Origin: an uncultured Acidobacteriota bacterium
GTDB taxonomy: Bacteria > Acidobacteriota > UBA6911 > RPQK01 > JAPXNP01
Direction of reading: 5' to 3'
Length of the DNA stretch: 64,000 nt
Assembly (NCBI GenBank): GCA_963777605.1
Contig: CAVZRV010000030.1
Span: 160,001 to 224,000, forward strand
Below the pieces are notes generated by a model. The model was not told where the DNA came from. It searched no databases and saw nothing but the letters and a program-made list of their open reading frames with translations. The position numbers and the translations under genes were made by a program. Position 1 is the stretch's first letter. Each line of letters opens with the position of its first letter. Of this stretch, positions 1 to 6,970 are shown in pieces.

Positions 1-138
1 AATCCGCTGGCCGAACGCGGCAAGATCGTTTCCTAGGAAGCAATTCGGTTGTGGGGTGCAAAACTCAGCCCCGCTTATGCAACCAACCTCCGCAAACGCC
101 GCGGCAAGCTCGGCGACACGTGGCTCATGGATGAGGTC
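1..138 (+). pseudogene. IS6 family transposase fragment
   Basis: Frame 1 reads LAERGKIVS*EAIRLWGAKLSPAYATNLRKRRGKLGDTWLMDEV, matching the IS6 pattern LAERGI.VSYE.IR.W..KFGP..A..LRRRR...GD.W..DEV; TAG at 34-36 replaces Tyr; similarity ends after DEV. Confidence 0.8.
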
Positions 139-497
139 GATAGAAATTTGCTTTCTACTACCATAAGTCTATCTCGGTGTAAGTGGTAAGTAAAGGGAAG
201 TGCGGCGACCGGCTGTATACTTCGATATCATCTCGCGCCAAATAGACTGACCGATTCAAGCACATCGCTGGAGAACGATGACGTTTGAATGCAAGAGTAT
301 CGCCTCGCTATCGTAGGTGTTCTCCAGCCACGGCAGATTGCTGTTCGGTTGTAGTAGCGGCGGAAGGTCAGATCTAAGCGGTGGCGATTGGTCGCCGGGA
401 CCGGAGGTGCATGAGCAGGACACTTACTTGCTCGGGAATCGGAATGTCAGGCGCATGGGCGATAATGTCAAGCAGTCCGACACAAACCGAACACCCG

Positions 498-540
498 GCG
501 GTCGGGCTCCCCGAAGTGGGGAGTCGGCCGCTTTTTTGTT
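498..540 (+). terminator. Rho-independent terminator
   Basis: gcggtcgggctcccc-gaagt-ggggagtcggccgc stem (with G-U pairs) followed by ttttttgtt. Confidence 0.65.
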
Positions 541-624
541 GCCCTCCCCAACACAGACAATCCGTAGTCTCCCCGAGCGATCGGGTCGAGCCCGAAGCCT
601 GGTAATCAGGTGACGGGCGAAGCC

Positions 625-786
625 ATGTCTGCCGATCGAAACGAAACGGTTCTCGTAATCCTGTCGACCGGACGCACCAAGCATGTCCGTCAGAAGGAAG
701 CCCTGCGGATGCTGGTCAACGGCGAGGTGGACCTCGTCAGCCGCAATCCGCTGAACCTGCATTTTCCACGCTCATTGCCAGCCTGA
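625..786 (+). CDS. Small hypothetical protein (53 aa), below the ORF-track cutoff
   Basis: ATG 625, aggtga upstream, reads MSADRNETVLVILSTGRTKHVRQKEALRMLVNGEVDLVSRNPLNLHFPRSLPA*; same strand as the phage genes. Confidence 0.4.
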   Translation: MSADRNETVLVILSTGRTKHVRQKEALRMLVNGEVDLVSRNPLNLHFPRSLPA

Positions 787-811
787 GCGAGCGCGAATAG
801 GTACAGGTTCG

Positions 812-1369
812 CTAATGGGGCCGATAGTCGATCTCGTGTTGCTTGGAGTTGTCACTCAGTGTGATCCGGACATAGACCTGGCCCGGATCGGGGCCTTTGA
901 TGATCGCGACGTCAAAAGATTTGAATTTCCCACGATGCCGCATCCTCCAAGCCGAGATGTCAATCAGTTGCGAACTGCAGGGATCTCCGACCTGTACCTG
1001 CAGTTCCTCTCTCAGTGGCTCGGTATCGTAGTCCGGCCGATCGGACTGAATCTCGAAGCCCTGAATTCGGTAGACGTCCCCTTCTTCAATGCGTAACTTC
1101 ATCACTGGCGCTGCTGGGGTAGGCCAACTCTCAAATTCCACTTTGGCTTCAAGGAACCCCGATTGTGAATACAGATGTCTCAAATCGCGGGCCTTCTCAC
1201 CGAGGAAATCCAGGAGGTTGTCCGGCTGGTCCCTGGGGCAGAATTGTTGACAAACGATCCTACCGTCGAAGGACTCGACTCCCGATACCTCACTCCGGAA
1301 ACCCATACACTGGCAGGAGTGCGTCACCGGAAGCAATGCGCTGGCGAGGATTGCGACAGCGAAGAACAT
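812..1369 (-). CDS. Exported stand-alone POTRA-domain protein
   Basis: Hydrophobic N-terminus; LRHLYSQSGFLEAKV...LRIEEGDVYRI...LREEL..QVGDP...GKFKSFDV...PGQVYVRITL resembles BamA POTRA repeats; no beta-barrel. Confidence 0.6.
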   Translation of the reverse strand: MFFAVAILASALLPVTHSCQCMGFRSEVSGVESFDGRIVCQQFCPRDQPDNLLDFLGEKARDLRHLYSQSGFLEAKVEFESWPTPAAPVMKLRIEEGDVYRIQGFEIQSDRPDYDTEPLREELQVQVGDPCSSQLIDISAWRMRHRGKFKSFDVAIIKGPDPGQVYVRITLSDNSKQHEIDYRPH

Positions 1370-1500
1370 GATCGTTAATCATACCGTCGAACCGCCTGAA
1401 TCAAAAACCGAAAAGACCACAACGCTCAACCGGCTTATTGGTTTGGCGTTGGAGCGATCCTCGCTCAAGAGATGAAAGTTGGCCTTCGGTCCTGATAGTA

Positions 1501-1857
1501 ATGCCTCATCGGCCTCCGAAGCCCTGTGCCTGGCCGGGCTGTCCCGAGTTGATTTACTCAACGTACTGCCCAGCACACGAAAGAGCCAAGGAACGACAGC
1601 GAGGATCCGCCCACGCACGGGGTTACACCTACCGCTGGCACAAGGCGAGCCGGGCGTTCCTGCTGCTGCGGCCGCTTTGCGCCGATCCTTACGGCCTGCA
1701 CTGGGAGATCCCGGCGCCGGCGGAGGTGGTCGATCACGTCATCCCCCACCGGGGAGACGAGCGGCTCTTCTGGGACCGGGGGAACTGGCAGCCCCTGTGT
1801 CGCAGCTGCCACTCCCGCAAGACGGCGCTTGAGGACGGCGGATTCGGCCGGGGGTAG
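1501..1857 (+). CDS. Phage HNH endonuclease (HK97 gp74-like terminase cofactor)
   Basis: MPHRPPKPCAWPGC..YCPAH, RGY...W, DHVIPHRGD..LFWD..NWQPLC..CHSRKT; directly upstream of terS. Confidence 0.9.
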   Translation: MPHRPPKPCAWPGCPELIYSTYCPAHERAKERQRGSAHARGYTYRWHKASRAFLLLRPLCADPYGLHWEIPAPAEVVDHVIPHRGDERLFWDRGNWQPLCRSCHSRKTALEDGGFGRG

Positions 1858-1940
1858 GGGGGATCGAAAGTGCACAGCTTTGTAAACCCGGACCGGGGGT
1901 CCGTCCAAGTTTTATGCGTCCATAATTCGAACAGGGGGTC
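1853..1940 (+). other. Putative cos/packaging initiation region
   Basis: G-runs (ggggtagggggg...gaccgggggtcc...aattcgaacaggggg) between HNH and terS, the usual cos position in HK97-like phages; exact cut site not identifiable. Confidence 0.4.
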
Positions 1941-2015
1941 GGACCTCGCAAACCCGCATGAATCCTGAGAACTTGTCTGAAAACAGGGGACGGTTAAGAA
2001 CACTTCCGGAAGCCC

Positions 2016-2172
2016 ACCGCCTGGTCGGAGGCGCAAAAGAAGGCCTACGTCCTGGCCGACAACAAGCTTGCGGAAAACGCCGGCTGGGACCGGGAGAAAC
2101 TGGTCTGCGAGCTCGAAGACCTGCGGGCCCTGGCATTCGACGTCTCCTTGACCGGTTTCGGTGCCGACGAAG
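2016..2172 (+). pseudogene. Fragment of a phage ParB-like/DNA methyltransferase N-terminal domain
   Basis: Frame 3 reads WSEAQKKAYVLADNKLAENAGWDREKLVCELEDLRALAFDVSLTGFGADE; no start codon (TAA at 1995) and no methylase part. Confidence 0.75.
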
Positions 2173-2592
2173 CTGAAGCTTTTGAAGGGGACCGCCCGGC
2201 CCTGCCGGACGACGCCAAAGGAGCCGAAACCGCGCGCCGGTGTTCCGAAGGCGCCGGGCCATCTTGACGCCTGCGCCAAGACCGAGTGGCGCCGGATCGT
2301 GCCCCAGCTTCAGGCCATGGGGATCCTGACATTACTCGACCGGGCGGCCCTGGCCGGCTACTGCCAGGCCTACTCCCGCTGGAAGAAGGCCGAAGAGGAC
2401 CTCGCCCAAAGCGGACTCCTGATCAAGACCACGGCCGGAAACGTCGTGCAAAGTCCGCTCGTCGGGATAGCCAACAAGGCGCTCCTCTTGATGCAGCGCT
2501 TCATCACCGAGTTCGGCCTGAGCCCGGCTTCCCGGTCGCGAGTCTCGGCGAACTCGAGCGATCGGGGAGACGACCCCTGGGCCAAACTGTAG
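2161..2592 (+). CDS. terS: Phage terminase small subunit, P27 family (possibly N-terminally clipped)
   Basis: PTKLKLLKG, APGHLD..AK.EWRRI, LD...LAGYCQAYSRW, QSP.V.IAN, EFGLSPASRSRV. Confidence 0.85.
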   Translation: MPTKLKLLKGTARPCRTTPKEPKPRAGVPKAPGHLDACAKTEWRRIVPQLQAMGILTLLDRAALAGYCQAYSRWKKAEEDLAQSGLLIKTTAGNVVQSPLVGIANKALLLMQRFITEFGLSPASRSRVSANSSDRGDDPWAKL

Positions 2593-3825
2593 AAGAAGGA
2601 TTCGTCTCTCGCGCCCGGCTCTATGCCGAGGCGGTCTCGGACGGGCGGATCCCGGTCTGCCGCTGGGTCGTGCGGGCCTGCGAACGGTTTCTTCGAGACC
2701 TGGAACGAAAGGACCTGCACTTTGATCCCGTGCCGGTCGAACGGTTTTGCCGGTTCGTGGAACTGCTGCCCCACGTCAAGGGGACCTGGGCGACGCCGAA
2801 CCTGACCCTCGAGCCCTGGCAGATCGCCAAAGAGATGGCCCGGCGGACACCGCCGTTTCTCGCCCGCTTCGGGGTCGAGGTCAATGCGCATACGCTGACC
2901 GTCCTCGCCGAGGCCGGCAAGTTCGAGCCGCTCTCGGCAGAAGCCAACTCGCTCGACGGGTTGAACGTCCACTGCGCCATCGTGGACGAGCTCCATGCCC
3001 ACAAGACCCGGGAGGTCTTCGACGTCCTCGAAACGGCGACCGGCGCGAGGCGCCAGCCGCTTCTGTGGTGCATCACGACGGTCGGCTCGAACCGGGCGGG
3101 GATCTGCTACGAGCAGCGCAGCTACGTCACGAAGATTCTTGACCGGGTCGTCACAGACGACACCTACTTCGGCGTCATCTATACGATCGACGACACCGAC
3201 GACTGGACCGACCCGCGGAACTGGGCGAAGGCCAACCCGAATTACGGGGTGTCGGTTCTCGAAGACGACATCGCGGCCATGATGATCCTGTTCCGTAACG
3301 AGGGACATTACCGGATCTTTGGGCGCTACTACCTGCCGGAAGAGACCGTCGAGACGGCGGCGAACTCGCAGTACGCCGGCTGGGGCGATCGAAGGACGGA
3401 TCATCTCAACCTCTGGGAATGTGATCGACTACGGCAGGATCGAGGAGGACCTGAAGGAACTCCGCAGTCGGTACGAGATCCAGGCAGTGGCCTACGACCC
3501 CTTCCAGGCGACCCAGTTCGCGACGCGCATGCTCGACGAAGGGTTCCCGATGGTGGAGGTGGGACAGACCACCCGGAACTTCTCCGAGCCGATGAAGGAA
3601 CTCGAAGCTGGTCTGAGCCGGAGGCTCGAGCACGACGGGGACCCGGTCCTGACCTGGATGGTCTCGAACGTGGTTTGCCACACTGACTCGAAGGACAATG
3701 TCTTTCCGCGCAAGGAACGCCCGGAGAACAAGATCGACAGGGTCGTCGCCACAATAATGGCTCTCGGCCGCGCCATGGCCGACGAGCAGGCCCGGCGGGA
3801 ACCGCGGATCCGGTTCGTTGGGTAG
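2577..3825 (+). pseudogene. terL: Phage terminase large subunit with two internal deletions and a frameshift
   Basis: LEPWQ, DGLN..AIVDELHAH (Walker B), KANPNYGVS, AYDP, KID.VVA present. Walker A segment absent after EPWQ (~2822), GxDL nuclease segment absent after EDDI (~3270), frameshift at tggggc 3381-3386. Confidence 0.88.
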
Positions 3826-3940
3826 GAGGGGAGTGACTCCACACGAACAAGATGCCGGGACTTGTTAACTGTTTGGGCTGTTCCACTAATCGTGCAGACT
3901 CGTTGTCTTTTTGATGTGCTTAAAGTGTAATGAGCCCATC

Positions 3941-5212
3941 ATGCTGAGATCGACAAAAGCTCTAATTCTGGTGGCTTTGATGGTTCTGATGAGTAGCGTG
4001 CTGACGGCCCAGACCGAAGTGGTCCTGTTCACGGACGACTTCTCCCGAGCGACACTGGGTCCGGACTGGGAAACGACCGGCAGTCCGACTTGGGGAATCG
4101 TCAACTACCAGGGAGAGACGGCGGCCTGGTGTGCGGCGACCTCCGGTGCCGACCCGGAGGATGGCTACCCTTCAAACCTGAATGCGGAGCTGACCTATGG
4201 GCCACTCGACCTCTCGGATGCTGTTGATGCGCAGGTCGCATTTGACGTCATCCGGGACTCGGTGACACCCGATCATCTTCTGATTGACGTCGATCGAGGG
4301 CGTCCTGGAGAAGTCGGTACCCGGGGATATGGAATAGGTAACGGCCGACAACATCCGCCGACCTGGGAGCACGTCGTCCTCTCCCTCGGGCAGTCCCGTT
4401 TGATTGAAAACGGCGAGGTCCTTGTCAATAGCAACATCCCGAGCGTCGTCGGCGAGAGTAATATCTGGATCAAGTTCAAATTCGAGAGCGACGATTCGGG
4501 CGGACCAGGCGTGGGGGCGTTGATCGACAACGTCACGATCACGAAATGGACCAGCCACCTCGATGCCCCGGCAACCTCTCACCTCTACTTTCCGCAATTC
4601 GGTGACGGCCGGGATGGCGACAACTGGATCGCCTCCGACCTGAGCCTGGTCAACCCTTCGGATGAAACGGTGAAGTTCTGGCTGGAGTTTCGCGACATTG
4701 GCTTCGTTGCCTTCTCCAACGGATCCTATGTTGAAGGTGAGGTCCAACCGCACGGCTCATTCATATTGAAGTCTTCGGGTGAAGGACCATTGCAGGTTGC
4801 GTCTGCGGCGGTTCACTCTTCCGCGCCGCTTGCGGGATACGTCCGCTTTCACGGGTCGCTGGGTGCAGCGGCGATCACCGCGACTCCACCCGGCAAACGG
4901 TTCGTGGTCCCGATTGAAGCGGAAGAGTCGGTGCGCGACGGGATGGCGCTCTCCGGCATGAGCGACATCCAGATAGTAACTCTTCAACTCTTTGACTCCT
5001 CCGGGTTCTTGGTAGCGACGGCATCAGAGGCATTGATGCCGCGGCAACATCGGGCGTTCTTCCTCGATGAGGCGGACTGGGACGTACTTCCCGATTTTGC
5101 TAACTTCTCGGGATCACTCGAAATGACCTCCACTCAGGAGTTCGTGCCGATCATGATCCGGCAGAGTGAGGGAGAGATCTCCACGCTGCCGACGTTTCCA
5201 ATCCCGGAATAG
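3941..5212 (+). CDS. Secreted hypothetical protein (beta-sandwich domain plus C-terminal LYFPQFGDG-type domain)
   Basis: Signal peptide MLRSTKALILVALMVLMSSVLTAQ; PLDLS...FKFESD..G..IDNVTI resembles MAM/immune-inhibitor-A-like sandwiches. Confidence 0.7.
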   Translation: MLRSTKALILVALMVLMSSVLTAQTEVVLFTDDFSRATLGPDWETTGSPTWGIVNYQGETAAWCAATSGADPEDGYPSNLNAELTYGPLDLSDAVDAQVAFDVIRDSVTPDHLLIDVDRGRPGEVGTRGYGIGNGRQHPPTWEHVVLSLGQSRLIENGEVLVNSNIPSVVGESNIWIKFKFESDDSGGPGVGALIDNVTITKWTSHLDAPATSHLYFPQFGDGRDGDNWIASDLSLVNPSDETVKFWLEFRDIGFVAFSNGSYVEGEVQPHGSFILKSSGEGPLQVASAAVHSSAPLAGYVRFHGSLGAAAITATPPGKRFVVPIEAEESVRDGMALSGMSDIQIVTLQLFDSSGFLVATASEALMPRQHRAFFLDEADWDVLPDFANFSGSLEMTSTQEFVPIMIRQSEGEISTLPTFPIPE

Positions 5213-5340
5213 GGACCTGGCGAAAACTGGTTTGTGACTCGCCAGTCACCGGCAGCTTCACGAAATGAGTAGGGTCTCACTGAGCTGAAAGCTCTGACCT
5301 TCCGCCATTCTCTGTCGCAGTTCTCAAGGTTTAACAACCT

Positions 5341-5607
5341 GTGAAGGACCGTTACGACGTGCTCGCACTGGCCGTGCTGCTTTTGGCCGCCTGGGGAATC
5401 GCTCTGCTCTCTGTGGCCGTGGTCCTGGACGGATCGGTGCTGTTTCTGGCCCGCGCCCGGGTACGTTCGGAGGAGCCGAAGTGGTTGGGCGGCCTTCGGC
5501 TTCCTTCTGGCTCGTCTTGTCATTGCTCTTCGTATCTGAACTGCTGCTTGGCGGTCTCGTTCTCGATCGGCAGGGCCCGGTCCCGGACTGCCGTTAGGAA
5601 ACGGTAG
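5341..5607 (+). CDS. Small membrane protein or remnant, resembling the gene found between terL and portal
   Basis: DVLALAVLLLAAWGIALLSVAVVLDGSVLFL hydrophobic stretch; the 3' part overlaps the opposite gene and is probably not real. Confidence 0.3.
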   Translation: MKDRYDVLALAVLLLAAWGIALLSVAVVLDGSVLFLARARVRSEEPKWLGGLRLPSGSSCHCSSYLNCCLAVSFSIGRARSRTAVRKR

Positions 5608-6419
5608 ACTTCGCCAAGCGACGACGCCACCGGCCGGCGACCATCCAGGACGAAGCAGTTGATGGGAACCAGGCGACTGAACCACCGGTACTCCTCGACC
5701 TCCAGCCGGATTGTCTGATCCACTCTCGGAGGTAGCGTCCAACGGTAGTCTCCGCCGAGCTGGGTCAGGCGGGCCGCCACTTCACTGGCCGCCTCCCGAG
5801 AAATCCCATCAATCAGCACGGCCGAGAACGCCGGGCAGAGTCGCCGTTCACGATCCAGAAAGTTATACAGCGCCGCATCGTCGATATTGGCGAGCCGCCC
5901 CGACTTGCATTCGACATATCCCAGTTGGGTGTCGCGGACCACGACCACGTCGTAGTCCCCGGTCAGGCCCTCGACCCGGACACCCCAGTAGGCGATCGAC
6001 GCCAGCTCCCGGACGAACACCGACGCCACGTAGCACTCCAGGGTCGAACCGAACCCGACGTCCCGGGGTGTTCGGAACGTCCCGCCTTCCTGAATAAGCA
6101 TCCCAGCACCGAGAGCTGCATCCAGGTGGGACTGAATAGCTTCCAGGCTCATGCGGCTGACCCGTTCGCGGAGTTCGCCGAACCCGAGTGGTCCCGGGTT
6201 GTTCGCCACCGCCGCAACTACGGCTCGGAAGGATGTGTCGCTCAAAAGTCCATAGAAGAGATCTGGGTTCTGCTCAGGATCGATGAGCAGCCGGCCCCGC
6301 TCCTCATATGCGGCAACGGTGAGCCCTCGGCGCCTGAAGATAGGCTCCAGCTCGAACAGGGTTCTAAGCTGGTCCAGCGCTTGCTCGGTATCGAACTGGC
6401 CAAATCGCATGGGGGCCAT
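5520..6419 (-). CDS. Putative PD-(D/E)XK nuclease with N-terminal winged helix
   Basis: GSTLECYVA...GDYDVVVV...YVECKSG restriction-endonuclease-like motif; FGELRERV..SLEAIQSHLDAALGAGMLIQEGGTF resembles a wHTH. Confidence 0.65.
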   Translation of the reverse strand: MAPMRFGQFDTEQALDQLRTLFELEPIFRRRGLTVAAYEERGRLLIDPEQNPDLFYGLLSDTSFRAVVAAVANNPGPLGFGELRERVSRMSLEAIQSHLDAALGAGMLIQEGGTFRTPRDVGFGSTLECYVASVFVRELASIAYWGVRVEGLTGDYDVVVVRDTQLGYVECKSGRLANIDDAALYNFLDRERRLCPAFSAVLIDGISREAASEVAARLTQLGGDYRWTLPPRVDQTIRLEVEEYRWFSRLVPINCFVLDGRRPVASSLGEVYRFLTAVRDRALPIENETAKQQFRYEEQ

Positions 6420-6602
6420 CCTAGCAGCGCCAAAGCCGCGTCACCAGCACCCGCTAAATGGAACCGCTCAATTCGTGCTAAAGAGAGACATTGAACTTGC
6501 GCCCAACTGTTCATCTGAAAGAGTCGGCTCGTCGGGAAGCGTTGACGACGAGGTGAGAGAAGTGCTCCTATTTGGCTTAAGACGAGGAGAATTGCATAGC
6601 AG

Positions 6603-6854
6603 GGTATATATATTGAACGGGTTCTGAGTTTCGCAGAGCACTTGCTTTCACGGCTATCAAGGCTCTGGGTTGAGCTTCCACTGGATCAGAAACAGCGGTT
6701 GCAGAGGATCGTGTACCCCAACGGGATCGATTTTCTGAACGGAGAATTTGGAACCGCTGTAACCTCACCTACATTCAACCCTTGAGGGGAGACTTCGGAA
6801 GGCGGGTCAACTTTGGTAGCCCCAACGGGATTCGAACCCGTGTTACCGGCGTGA
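6603..6854 (+). pseudogene. C-terminal remnant of a large serine recombinase/integrase running antisense through the tRNA
   Basis: Frame 3 reads IERVLSFAEHLLSRLSRLWVELPLDQKQRLQRIVYPNGIDFLNGEFGTAVTSPTFNP*GETSEGGSTLVAPTGFEPVLPA*; premature TGA at 6783. Confidence 0.65.
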
Positions 6855-6888
6855 GAGGCCGGCGTCCTAACCTCTAGACGATAGGGCC
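6814..6888 (-). tRNA. tRNA-Glu (CTC)
   Basis: GGCCCTATCGTCTAGAGGTTAGGACGCCGGCCTCTCACGCCGGTAACACGGGTTCGAATCCCGTTGGGGCTACCA: cloverleaf, anticodon CTC, T-loop GTTCGAATC, encoded CCA. Confidence 0.97.
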
Positions 6889-6906
6889 ACCCTGGATGAA
6901 GGTCCT

Positions 6907-6936
6907 ATTCTCCGGTACCGGCGGGGCACTTGTCAA
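6907..6936 (-). promoter_or_regulatory. Possible sigma70 promoter for tRNA-Glu
   Basis: TTGACA-N18-GAGAAT on the minus strand just upstream of the tRNA. Confidence 0.35.
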
Positions 6937-6970
6937 ACCCTCCAGCCTCACGGGATCGCCAGCTCCCAGC

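Larger units (their letters stand above)
1..6813. mobile_element. Right end of a decayed prophage/genomic island integrated at the 3' end of tRNA-Glu; extends beyond window start
   Basis: IS6 fragment, HNH-terS-terL module, accessory genes and an integrase C-terminal remnant abut the tRNA CCA end; housekeeping-type genes begin on the far side of the tRNA. Confidence 0.75.

Noticed and set aside
2286-2576. N-terminal ~100 aa of the 466-aa ORF 2286..3686
   Set aside because: Alternative-frame read of terS; TerL similarity starts only near 2577, and the part after 3386 is out of frame.
6783-6785. In-frame TGA (and TAG at 34-36) as evidence of genetic-code recoding
   Set aside because: Both lie in truncated relics, and TGA/TAG end intact genes throughout the window.
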